Assembly (NCBI RefSeq): GCF_019420015.1
Contig: NZ_JAHZIA010000027.1
Coordinates: 372 to 64,371 of the forward strand
From: Anaerofustis sp.
GTDB taxonomy: Bacteria > Bacillota > Clostridia > Eubacteriales > Anaerofustaceae
Direction of reading: 5' to 3'
DNA length: 64,000 bases
In this document: in pieces, positions 55,100-64,000 of the stretch
Layout of the letters: each line of letters opens with the position of its first letter
Position numbering within the stretch: position 1 is the stretch's first letter
The notes under the pieces: generated by a model
The model's database searches: none
What the model saw: the letters and a program-made list of their open reading frames with translations, nothing else
What the model was told of the DNA's origin: nothing
Program-made: the position numbers and the translations under genes

Positions 55100-56470
55100 T
55101 TAATCATCCAAGCACCTCGGCTTAACGAAAAAGCATCCAATCACAAAGTAATATACAACAGATACGGCGCTTATATAAGGATAATAAACCGAAGACAACA
55201 TCATTATAATCTCACAGCTTATAAGCATAGAACCAACAAATAAATATTTTATATCAATTTTTCTGTTTCTTATTCCTCTAAACAAGACTTTAAAAAGGTA
55301 AAATGCAAACATAATATTTAACACAACAAAACTTATTCCTGCCACAACTCCCCCACTATGCGCAATTTGCAAATATGTATTGTGTGCATTTGCTTCAAGA
55401 TATCCGCCTTGATAAGGAACTTTCAGTTTATCGGCATTATGCCCGGTCAAATTCAAATCATTAAGATACGTTCTCCAAATTTCCGCTCGTCCAGAAGAGA
55501 AAGAGTTACTGTCTCCAATTCCTTTTTTCCCTCTTTCCGCCGCACCTTGCAGTTGTCCTTTTAAATCAGTAATCTCATTATAGCTGCTCTCAGGATTAAA
55601 CACTATCTTAAAAGACTGACCGAAAATATTTTCTTCCAAACTCAAAATAAAGTTACTGACATATGTAAGAAGAGAAAACATCAGAATAAGAGATACAAAT
55701 GATGACACAAAAATTTTTATCACTCTTCCAATCAAATCCCTCAAATTATAACTTCTGTCTATAATCATATATATAACGTATATAAAAAATGAAAAGCCCA
55801 AAGAAAGATAAGTGGTTCTGGATTTTGTAAATATACAAAGCGCAAATATACTCCCTATCAAAAACATATTGATAATCCTGTCTTTCTTATTATCATTAAT
55901 CTCATACAAATATAAAACAACAACAAAAATCACCGATAAAAAAGAACCGAGTCCGTTGGGATTTCCGAGAAAAGATGCATACTGCCCATTGGAAAGAGGA
56001 GAAATAAAAACAGAAACAATAAGCATTAAAATATAACTGTATCTTGCTCCCAATGACATCATATAAAGAAAATTATTATAATCATTACCTACCGTAAAAT
56101 AAAATACGGGAAGCACAAATAAAAGTATAAAAGATATTAATATAAAGGCAGCGACTTTATGCAAAACAGCTGAAATAAGAAAAAATATCCCAACAAAAAA
56201 GAATAAAATAACAACTGGCTTATTTATTAAATCCCCAGAAGATATGTGATTATCGGCAAAAAACCAAATTACAACAAACGTAATAAAAATCCCTACAATA
56301 GCGGCTACAGAGCTGCTCCCGCTATATACGCCAAGGGAAGATAAAAACATATTGCAAAACAATAAGAAAAAGCTAAAAGTTATTATTTTAGCTTTAACCT
56401 TATTAGATACATTTTTATTTTTTTTAGATATTATATTCAATAAATTAATCAAACCATTACCCATAACCAC
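55100..56470 (-). CDS. wzy: O-antigen polymerase/ligase-family membrane protein (Wzy-like)
   Basis: Polytopic membrane protein with a large extracytoplasmic loop (GRAEIW...AHNTYLQIAHSGG), typical of the Wzy_C/O-antigen ligase domain. Confidence 0.75.
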   Translation of the reverse strand: MVMGNGLINLLNIISKKNKNVSNKVKAKIITFSFFLLFCNMFLSSLGVYSGSSSVAAIVGIFITFVVIWFFADNHISSGDLINKPVVILFFFVGIFFLISAVLHKVAAFILISFILLFVLPVFYFTVGNDYNNFLYMMSLGARYSYILMLIVSVFISPLSNGQYASFLGNPNGLGSFLSVIFVVVLYLYEINDNKKDRIINMFLIGSIFALCIFTKSRTTYLSLGFSFFIYVIYMIIDRSYNLRDLIGRVIKIFVSSFVSLILMFSLLTYVSNFILSLEENIFGQSFKIVFNPESSYNEITDLKGQLQGAAERGKKGIGDSNSFSSGRAEIWRTYLNDLNLTGHNADKLKVPYQGGYLEANAHNTYLQIAHSGGVVAGISFVVLNIMFAFYLFKVLFRGIRNRKIDIKYLFVGSMLISCEIIMMLSSVYYPYISAVSVVYYFVIGCFFVKPRCLDD

Positions 56471-56512
56471 AACTCCCTTATATTACGAAATTTTAGAATG
56501 AAAGAATACAGA

Positions 56513-57652
56513 TTATAAATATAATTTCTCCCAATCATTTTTTACTGCATGCCAAGAATATTTATTGTAAAGAAGGTTGCTTTTTTTTGTATTATCGAAA
56601 AGAACTTCTTTATTTATTACTTTTCTTAAATACCTGTTAATTTCAGAAAAAGAATTATATATAATGTAATCTATACCCAAATCATCAAACTCTTTATAAA
56701 TAATCCATGACGGATTTAACAGAATGCTTCCGCTGTAAACACATTCTTGAATTGAGGCGGAAAAAGCATCGCTATCCTGTGCATGAATAAAAACATCCGT
56801 GGCAAGTCTTAGCATTGCAGCATGCTCCTTATTTAAGAAGTCTTCTATTATAGTATATTCGACATTCATCTTACTTAACGAATCCAAAATCTCACTTTTA
56901 TATTCATTACTCGTAAGCCCATAGCTAAGCTGAATTACTATATTTATTTTACTTAATACACTATCTTCAAGCTTACCAATCTCCTTTAATACATCCAAAT
57001 GATGCTGCCTTATATTTCCGTTATACCCTATTGCAACACTTGTTTTATTTTTATTTATCCCAAAAAATTCTTTACATTCTTCTTTGCTTTTATCTTTTTT
57101 TACCTGATTTATTACATCATAAATAGATATACCAAATTTTGCTCTGACTATTTTATTATTATATGTATCCCCAAATACATCATGAAAATACTTATCCATT
57201 CCGTCTGAAGAATAAGATATATACTTAGCTTTATTAAGACAAGGTATGGCATTTCTCAACTGCCCCTTATCTTTTGATAATAAATCGGATCCCCAGTATG
57301 TACATATAACTTTCTCAGCATATTTGACTATATGATTATTTAAGAAAGTTATCATAAAATTGCTGGGAACAGAATGAATATGAACAACATCAAATTTACC
57401 CTTTTTATACTCTTTTTTTACCTTCTTCTTCATATTAATAAGAGTCCTAAGTCTCGGTATAAAATCAAATAAAAAGGTTCCTTTGTCTGTATTTAAAATA
57501 TTAATGTTGTTTTCATCATAAAACTTCTTAAAATCTTTGTTTGTTACTGATTTGGAAACTACAAATATATCATTCGATTCCTTTAAAAGAATGTATTCTA
57601 TATACTCTTTTATCCAAAACGAATCTGCATTTCCTATTAATAAAATTTTCAT
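56513..57652 (-). CDS. Divergent GT-B-fold glycosyltransferase-like protein
   Basis: MKILLIGN... Rossmann start. A C-terminal DAFSASIQECVYSG resembles a degenerate E-x7-E motif. Embedded in the polysaccharide operon. Confidence 0.55.
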   Translation of the reverse strand: MKILLIGNADSFWIKEYIEYILLKESNDIFVVSKSVTNKDFKKFYDENNINILNTDKGTFLFDFIPRLRTLINMKKKVKKEYKKGKFDVVHIHSVPSNFMITFLNNHIVKYAEKVICTYWGSDLLSKDKGQLRNAIPCLNKAKYISYSSDGMDKYFHDVFGDTYNNKIVRAKFGISIYDVINQVKKDKSKEECKEFFGINKNKTSVAIGYNGNIRQHHLDVLKEIGKLEDSVLSKINIVIQLSYGLTSNEYKSEILDSLSKMNVEYTIIEDFLNKEHAAMLRLATDVFIHAQDSDAFSASIQECVYSGSILLNPSWIIYKEFDDLGIDYIIYNSFSEINRYLRKVINKEVLFDNTKKSNLLYNKYSWHAVKNDWEKLYL

Positions 57653-58789
57653 CTATTTCCTGCCACTGAAAAATTCTTTTATTTTATCTGTTACAATTAT
57701 AATATCTTCGTCTTTTAAGTACGGATGCATTGGAATTGATAATACACAATCACAAAGCATAATTGTATTTTCTAAATCTTCTCCTTTGTAATCTACATAA
57801 TCAAAAGCCTTTTGCTTATGCATTGGCTTTGGATAGTATATCATAGTAGGAATACCGTTATCTTTTAAGAATTCTTGAAGATTGTCTCTCATTTCTCTAC
57901 TTTGTAAAGTGAGAGTATACTGAGCATAACTGGAATAAAATCCGTCCTTAATAACAGGTGTTTTTACTATATCTTTTAATTCTTTTGTGTATTTTCTAGC
58001 CACTTCATTTATATCTTTTAACTCATAATCTTTAAATGCTTTTAATTTAATTGACAAAATAGCTGCCTGAAGCGTATCAAGTCTTGAGTTTACACCGATT
58101 CTTACATTATCATACTTCATTGAGCCTTTACCGTGCACTCTGTAAGACTTTAAAAGCTCACAAATTTTATCGTCATCCGTAAACACAGCGCCTCCGTCTC
58201 CATAACAACCGAGAGGCTTAGCGGGGAAGAATGAAGTCGTGCTTATATCGCCAAAGCTGCATGCTTTTTTGCCGTTTATTTCTCCTCCAAAGCCTTGAGC
58301 TCCGTCTTCAAGAATTAATAAACCATATTTATCAGCTATTTTTCTTATTTTCTCATAATCGGCAGGAAGTCCGAATAAATCAACTGCAACTATAACTTTA
58401 GGTTTAAGTTTCCCGTCTTCTTTAATCTTTAATATAGCTTTTTCAAGCTTATCAGGACATATATTAAAACTGTCTTTATCCACATCAACAAAGATAGGCG
58501 TAGCCCCTATATGAGATACTACCTCTCCCGAAGCAAAGAAAGTAAAGTCGGGAACGAATACTGCATCACCTTCTTTTATTCCCCAAGCCATTAAAGCAAG
58601 AGAAAGAGCATCTGTTCCGTTTGCACAAGTTACGCAGTGCTTTATTCCAACATACTCTGCAAGTTCTTTCTCAAGAACCTCCACTTGTTTTCCGCTTATA
58701 AAATTACAGTTTAACATCACTTCTTCACAAGCTTTGTCTATATCGTCTTTTAATACCCTATATTGTGTTTTTAAGTCTCTGAATTCCAT
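57653..58789 (-). CDS. wbpE: DegT/DnrJ/EryC1/StrS-family PLP aminotransferase (WbpE/WlbC-like)
   Basis: F.DLKTQY N-terminus and SFFPAKPLG (PLP lysine). The ATG at 58787-89 has a GAGGA RBS. The ORF-track GTG at 58801 overlaps the upstream stop. Confidence 0.85.
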   Translation of the reverse strand: MEFRDLKTQYRVLKDDIDKACEEVMLNCNFISGKQVEVLEKELAEYVGIKHCVTCANGTDALSLALMAWGIKEGDAVFVPDFTFFASGEVVSHIGATPIFVDVDKDSFNICPDKLEKAILKIKEDGKLKPKVIVAVDLFGLPADYEKIRKIADKYGLLILEDGAQGFGGEINGKKACSFGDISTTSFFPAKPLGCYGDGGAVFTDDDKICELLKSYRVHGKGSMKYDNVRIGVNSRLDTLQAAILSIKLKAFKDYELKDINEVARKYTKELKDIVKTPVIKDGFYSSYAQYTLTLQSREMRDNLQEFLKDNGIPTMIYYPKPMHKQKAFDYVDYKGEDLENTIMLCDCVLSIPMHPYLKDEDIIIVTDKIKEFFSGRK

Positions 58790-58797
58790 ATCTATCC

Positions 58798-59922
58798 TCA
58801 CTGTTTCAATATATCTTCATATAAATCATATAAAACTTTTTCGTCTATGCTCCAGTTAAAATGTTCCTTGATTGCCTTTCTTCCGTTTTCCCCCATTTGT
58901 CTTGCAATATCAGGGTTTTCGCTTAAATACTTTATTGCACTTGCTATTTCATTACTGTTACTCGAATCCACAACCAAACCGAATTTATATTTTTCCATAA
59001 CCTCTCTTGCATACGGATAATCATTGCTTATAACAGGAAGCCCCATAGACATAAATTCGTATATCTTCGTAGATAAATTTGAAAGAACCGAATACTGCCC
59101 TATATTCAAAAGAACATTTGCACCTATTGTAGATTCTTCGTACATTTTTAGAATATCGTCTCTATTTAAATATCCTCTAAAATCTACGCATTCATATTCT
59201 ACCTTATTCTTTAATTCTTCACCATATGAAGCAGGAACGAAGTTCCCTCCCAAAATGAGTTTTGCACCGGACTTATAACAACCTTCAATTAATTTGGTTA
59301 TTCCTCTGTTTGCATTAAGCCCCCCAGCATAACATACAACAGGATTAGAATAATCTTTATCATTTTTATCATATTTATCATATAATTCTTCCAAAATAGG
59401 AGTATTGTTTACATAAACAAATCTTTTACTCCTACCTTCAAAAGGATGTTTCCCAAACATGGGACAAGGAAAAATAACACCGTCTATTTTTTTCGTTACT
59501 TTGCTTTCATAGCTTTTAAATACTTTTGAAATAAAACCTCTGAGAAATTTGGGAATGTAATATTTTTCCTTTATCTGTTCACTGTAATTTTCATGACTGT
59601 CAAATATTACACTTTTGCCTTTCTTTTTCAATTTCAAACCGTAAGGAAGAAGTTCGGGATCATGAAAGTGATATATGTCAGCATCAATTTCAAGAGCTTT
59701 TTTATAAATATCCTTTGCGGTAAAAAGCATTCTGGATAATCTTCCTCTGTTTATATCTCCTATTCCCACAATATTTACATTTTTACTTTTATAGCTTTCG
59801 CCTTTTGAAACCAAGTACACATCATATTCTTCTTTCTTTGCCAAAGAAACACACTCTTTTTCAAAAATTCTTATATCTGTAGGTTTATGTGCACTCGTCA
59901 TATGACAAACCTTAATCATCAT
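58798..59922 (-). CDS. Glycosyltransferase family 4 (GT-B)
   Basis: The C-terminal half has a SEPTYPE EX7E-like region (YEFMSMGLPVISND). Confidence 0.8.
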   Translation of the reverse strand: MMIKVCHMTSAHKPTDIRIFEKECVSLAKKEEYDVYLVSKGESYKSKNVNIVGIGDINRGRLSRMLFTAKDIYKKALEIDADIYHFHDPELLPYGLKLKKKGKSVIFDSHENYSEQIKEKYYIPKFLRGFISKVFKSYESKVTKKIDGVIFPCPMFGKHPFEGRSKRFVYVNNTPILEELYDKYDKNDKDYSNPVVCYAGGLNANRGITKLIEGCYKSGAKLILGGNFVPASYGEELKNKVEYECVDFRGYLNRDDILKMYEESTIGANVLLNIGQYSVLSNLSTKIYEFMSMGLPVISNDYPYAREVMEKYKFGLVVDSSNSNEIASAIKYLSENPDIARQMGENGRKAIKEHFNWSIDEKVLYDLYEDILKQ

Positions 59923-60481
59923 TACTCCTCACAAGACTATCCTTGTCTTTTTTATATTCTCTTCCACAGCTGCATTTTAAATCTTCGCCAAGCACATTAC
60001 CGCACTCACATACAAATCCGATTTGCTTTGCGGGAACCCCGGCATAAAGGGCATAATCGGGAACATCCTTTGTAACAACAGCACCGGAAGCAATCATCGC
60101 CCATTGACCGATTTTATTACCACAAACTATTGTTGCATTCGCACCTATGCTACATCCGGTATCAAGTAAAGTTTTTTTATAACCCCTTGGTCCTTTAGGA
60201 TATTTTGCTCTGGGTGTTAAATCGTTGGTAAAAACCATAGAAGGACCGCAAAAAACATAGTCTTTAAGTTCTACTCCTTCGTATATTGATACGTTGTTTT
60301 GAACTTTGCACCCATTACCGATTTTAACATTGTTTGATACATTGACATTTTGTCCAAAAGAGCAGTCCTTTCCTATTCTTGCACCCTTTTGAATATGACA
60401 AAAATGCCATATCTTGGTATTTTTACCAATTATGACATCTTCATCTACATAGCTTGATTCATGAACAAAATATTCACTCAT
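59912..60481 (-). CDS. wbpD: Left-handed beta-helix N-acetyltransferase (WbpD/WlbB-like)
   Basis: Hexapeptide repeats throughout. Size and position between the WbpB-like and WbpE-like genes fit this call. Confidence 0.8.
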   Translation of the reverse strand: MSEYFVHESSYVDEDVIIGKNTKIWHFCHIQKGARIGKDCSFGQNVNVSNNVKIGNGCKVQNNVSIYEGVELKDYVFCGPSMVFTNDLTPRAKYPKGPRGYKKTLLDTGCSIGANATIVCGNKIGQWAMIASGAVVTKDVPDYALYAGVPAKQIGFVCECGNVLGEDLKCSCGREYKKDKDSLVRSNDD

Positions 60482-61554
60482 TAAAATTCACCTTCCATAT
60501 CGGTACTTGCAAAATCCGTCAATGGAAGTTTTACTGCACAACCATCTTTTTGTGATTTATAAATACTTAAAACAAGTTCGAGAGCATTTCTTCCTGCAAC
60601 AGCATCCACATAAGGCTTTCTATCTTGCTCTATAGCTTCTATAACATCTCTAAATAAAGATGTATGCCCGTTTCCGTAAACATTGCTTGTTTGTTCTTCA
60701 AGACCTTTATTTTTATTATCTTCATCTGTTTCATCGGCAAAATCCCAAACATCTATATTATTTGTAGATTTACCACCAAGTTTAACAGTTCCGTTTTCAC
60801 CAAATAAATATAATGTTTCTTCAAGGTTTTTAGGATATACATTTGTTGTTCCTTCTATTGTTCCAACTGCACCGTTTTTAAATTTAACAACTGCCATGCC
60901 GATATCTTCAGCTTCAAGGTAGTGGTGAAATTGTTGTTTTGTAACTCCGTATACTTCTTCTATTTCATCTCCCATCATCCATCTAAGCAGGTCTATTCCG
61001 TGAATGCACTGATTCATAAGTGCACCACCGTCTTCTTTCCATGTTCCTCTCCATGGAGCTTGTTCATAATAATTTTTATTTCTGTTCCATCTTACATGAA
61101 TTGAACCGTGAGAAAGCTTACCAAATCTTCCACTTTCAAGGGCTTTTCTCATTTCTTGAACGGCAATATTAAATCTGTTTTGATGACAAGCAGATACTTT
61201 TACACCTTTTTCATCAGCTCTTTTTATAATCTCATCAGCATCTTTAATACTCATTGCCATAGGTTTTTCTATTATTACATTTATACCTTTATCTATTAAA
61301 TAAAGAGCTATCTCAGCATGAGAACCGCTTTCCGTTGCAATACTGACAAGTTCCGGTTTAATTTCTTCAACCATAACCTTATAATCATAATATCTTTTTA
61401 TGCTTTCATCCTTTTGCAAATCGTGTTTTAAAAGAAGCTCTTCCATTCTTTCATCTAAAATATCACATACGGCACATATCTCCAAACTGTTATTTACTGC
61501 CGCTTTTATATGATTCGTGGATATTCTCCCACAGCCAATTAATGCATACTTCAT
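60481..61554 (-). CDS. wbpB: Gfo/Idh/MocA-family oxidoreductase (WbpB/WlbA-like 3-dehydrogenase)
   Basis: MKYALIGCGRIS Rossmann start and an EKPMA motif. Confidence 0.8.
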   Translation of the reverse strand: MKYALIGCGRISTNHIKAAVNNSLEICAVCDILDERMEELLLKHDLQKDESIKRYYDYKVMVEEIKPELVSIATESGSHAEIALYLIDKGINVIIEKPMAMSIKDADEIIKRADEKGVKVSACHQNRFNIAVQEMRKALESGRFGKLSHGSIHVRWNRNKNYYEQAPWRGTWKEDGGALMNQCIHGIDLLRWMMGDEIEEVYGVTKQQFHHYLEAEDIGMAVVKFKNGAVGTIEGTTNVYPKNLEETLYLFGENGTVKLGGKSTNNIDVWDFADETDEDNKNKGLEEQTSNVYGNGHTSLFRDVIEAIEQDRKPYVDAVAGRNALELVLSIYKSQKDGCAVKLPLTDFASTDMEGEF

Positions 61555-61569
61555 TTCAAATTCTCCTAA

Positions 61570-62892
61570 TTATAAAACTTCAATATTATCTCTGTTTTTA
61601 ATTTCTTTCATGGCATTCTTTGTATCAAAGATTGCCTTTGCGCTTTTGCTTACCATTTTGTAATCTACATTACTATGAGATGCTGTAATAACAATCAAAT
61701 CGTATGAAGCAATTACTTTTTCGTCTATTTTATCAATACCCTTTTTAACTTTCCCCTCGTTTTTATATTCACTTATATACGGATCATAAAATTCGGTATT
61801 TGCTCCGTTTTGTTCAAGTATTTCTATTACCTCTATTGCAGGAGACTCTCTGTAATCGTCAATATCTTGTTTGTAAGCAACACCTAAAACCAATACATTT
61901 GATTTACTTAGAGCCTTTCCGTGTTTATTAAGAATTTTCATTGCTCTTTCTACACAGTATTCAGGCATTTTATCGTTAATCATCATTGAGCTTTCAATCA
62001 TAGATGTATGAAATCCGTATTCTCTTGCCTTCCATGATAAATAATATGGGTCAAGTGGAATACAATGTCCACCAAGACCAGGCCCTGGATAGAAAGCTTG
62101 AAAACCATATGGTTTTGTCTTCGCCGCATCGACAACTTCCCATAAGCTTATTCCCATTTCATGGCATAACATCGCCAGTTCGTTAACCAAACCAATATTT
62201 ATATTTCTGTATGTATTTTCAAGAATTTTTTCCATTTCCGCAACAGCAGGAGACGATACGGTATGAATATCTCCTTCCAAAACAGAACTGTACATCCTTG
62301 ATATAACTTCGGTGGCATCTTTTCCTATTGCCCCTACAACCTTTGGAGTATTCTTTGTTTTGTATATTAAATTTCCCGGATCTACTCTTTCAGGGGAAAA
62401 TCCCAGATAAAAATCTTCCCCGCATTTAAGTCCTGCGCCTTCTTCCAAGATTGGTTTAATTAATTCTTCCGTTGTTCCCGGATATGTTGTAGATTCCAAT
62501 ACAACCATAGTTCCTTTTGTAAGATATTTGGCAATTTCTATACTTGAATTTTTAACATATGAAATATCTGGTTGTTGATGTTTATCAAGAGGTGTAGGGA
62601 CACAAATTGCTATAAAATCCACGTCTTTTACAAAACTGAAATCAGTTGTCGCAGACAACATTTTAGAATCAACAAGTTCTTTCAAATCACTGTCTACAAC
62701 ATCCCCAATGTAATTTTGAGCTTTGTTTACCATTTCAACTTTACTTTGTTGAACATCAAATCCTATTGTTTTATATCCTGCTTTCGCTTTTTCAACAGCG
62801 AGAGGAAGCCCTACATAACCAAGTCCCACAACGCCTACGACTATTTCTCTTTTTTCGATTTTTTTTAAAAGTTCATTTTTCATATTATTCAC
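61570..62892 (-). CDS. wbpA: UDP-N-acetyl-D-hexosamine 6-dehydrogenase (WbpA/WecC family nucleotide-sugar dehydrogenase)
   Basis: GLGYVGLP Rossmann loop, a catalytic GGHCIP motif and 440 aa. Confidence 0.85.
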   Translation of the reverse strand: MNNMKNELLKKIEKREIVVGVVGLGYVGLPLAVEKAKAGYKTIGFDVQQSKVEMVNKAQNYIGDVVDSDLKELVDSKMLSATTDFSFVKDVDFIAICVPTPLDKHQQPDISYVKNSSIEIAKYLTKGTMVVLESTTYPGTTEELIKPILEEGAGLKCGEDFYLGFSPERVDPGNLIYKTKNTPKVVGAIGKDATEVISRMYSSVLEGDIHTVSSPAVAEMEKILENTYRNINIGLVNELAMLCHEMGISLWEVVDAAKTKPYGFQAFYPGPGLGGHCIPLDPYYLSWKAREYGFHTSMIESSMMINDKMPEYCVERAMKILNKHGKALSKSNVLVLGVAYKQDIDDYRESPAIEVIEILEQNGANTEFYDPYISEYKNEGKVKKGIDKIDEKVIASYDLIVITASHSNVDYKMVSKSAKAIFDTKNAMKEIKNRDNIEVL

Positions 62893-62898
62893 CCTGCT

Positions 62899-64000
62899 TT
62901 ATTTCTTTATGGAATTTATAACATCTATTAATTTATCGGTTAATTTATCAAAGCTGAATTCTTCACTTGCCCTTTTTGCATTAGCACACAAGTCTTGATA
63001 ATTCTCCTTATCTTCGATTATTTTTAGTTTAATATCTTCTACATAATCTTTTAAATCATCATACTTTTTACATATACCTACTTTATTATCTTCTATTAAA
63101 TTATAACTTCCCAAGTTATAATTTGCGCTTATAGGTTTACCGCTTGCCATATATTCAAAAAGTTTATTCCAGCTTACCCCGTAAGCACCTATATTTCCGG
63201 ATATACCGCTGATTAAATTCAAATCACTTTTTGATAATATATAAGGTATATATTTTTTCTCTACTCTTCCTTTAAAAACGACATTATCAAGAGACATTTT
63301 ACCGGCTAATATTTCAAGAGGTTCCTTTCTCGGTCCGTCTCCGTATATTATGAACTTCGCATTTTTATATCCTTTTGAATTCATAATATCCGCCATATAA
63401 ATAACTTCATCAACATTGTTCACGTCTCTGATTGATCCTGCATATACAATTTTGAATAAATCATCGTTTTCCAAATCATCATCATTAAACTGATAATTTT
63501 TCTTATTGTATGCAAATTCTTCAAGATCCACTCCGTTATTAATATAAAAAACTTTATCCAAAGGTATATCTTTAATCCACTTTCTGTCTTCTATATATTT
63601 TGCTCCACCGGGTATAGTAAAAATTATGGCATCTGATTTTTTATAAATCCATTTTTCACCCTTGTAAAGAATTTTTGCAATAAAACTGTTCCTTTTTATT
63701 ATACCATATTCTACCAAACTCTCAGGCCACAAATCTCTTACTTCGCTTATACACGGTATATTAAACTTATTTTTTAATTTTATACCGGCAACAAGTGCCA
63801 AAGGATGTACTGAAGAAGCATAAATAACATCAGGTTTATCTTCGTTACTTATATATTCTCCTACGACTTTTTTGACATTCTTGTAATAAGAAATCATATT
63901 TTTAATTCTGCTTTTACCATTGCCGCTATACTTTGTCGTATCGACAAAAACATAAGGAACATCATCCTTACCTTTTTTCTCGATATATTTCATACCGTTA
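62899..64000 (-). CDS. Glycosyltransferase family 4 (WbuB-like); the 5' end probably lies beyond the window
   Basis: C-terminal GT-B motifs (NKLFEYMASGKPI). The frame stays open upstream of the ATG at 63993 to the window edge, and the expected N-terminal MKIL..G motif is missing. Confidence 0.75.
   Translation of the reverse strand, partial: NGMKYIEKKGKDDVPYVFVDTTKYSGNGKSRIKNMISYYKNVKKVVGEYISNEDKPDVIYASSVHPLALVAGIKLKNKFNIPCISEVRDLWPESLVEYGIIKRNSFIAKILYKGEKWIYKKSDAIIFTIPGGAKYIEDRKWIKDIPLDKVFYINNGVDLEEFAYNKKNYQFNDDDLENDDLFKIVYAGSIRDVNNVDEVIYMADIMNSKGYKNAKFIIYGDGPRKEPLEILAGKMSLDNVVFKGRVEKKYIPYILSKSDLNLISGISGNIGAYGVSWNKLFEYMASGKPISANYNLGSYNLIEDNKVGICKKYDDLKDYVEDIKLKIIEDKENYQDLCANAKRASEEFSFDKLTDKLIDVINSIKK

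Overview
By eye this is an AT-rich (about 30% GC) chromosomal segment from a Firmicutes/Clostridia-type genome. Sporulation-lineage genes are present: cotJABC, spoIIM, ymxH/ylmC, tepA and a PBP5-type carboxypeptidase.

Most of the window is conserved housekeeping content in familiar synteny:
- rbgA-rnhB, then ychF
- recD2-comFC-hpf
- tcdA-ung-lepB
- prfA, and proC next to two tRNA-Ser genes
- nrdR, dut, and ymxH-dapG-tepA

Two cell-envelope glycan loci are the only clearly accessory parts:
- 27.0-32.2 kb: an ABC-transporter-dependent polyol-phosphate (teichoic-like) module. It runs tagG/tagH, a TagF-family transferase, a TarI-like cytidylyltransferase, an SDR and a HIT protein.
- 53.6-64.0 kb: a Wzx/Wzy-dependent polysaccharide locus with a WbpA/B/D/E-type set for a 2,3-diacetamido-2,3-dideoxy-uronic acid. 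It runs off the right edge.

RNA and regulatory elements I can support:
- a TPP riboswitch in front of thiT
- two tRNA-Ser genes (GCU and UGA)
- a near-consensus PerR box in front of a Fur-family gene
- many intrinsic terminators

I see no CRISPR array, transposase, integrase, prophage block or recognisable defence island.

The observations most worth a second look:
1. A 785-aa protein after hpf that joins a DUF5317-like membrane domain to a very long poly-acidic tract and an unrecognisable C-terminal domain.
2. An in-frame RNase HII-YraN fusion.
3. Tandem diverged ComFC paralogues.
4. A PBP5-type carboxypeptidase that has lost its signal peptide. It lies in the same frame as spoIIM, separated only by a run of TAA codons.
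5. A cysteine-free Fur/PerR homologue beside a reverse rubrerythrin.
6. A Cys-rich DUF5320-like small ORF missing from the ORF track.
7. An orphan sigma-54 activator with no visible -24/-12 promoter nearby.

All family assignments come from reading the motifs, not from searches.
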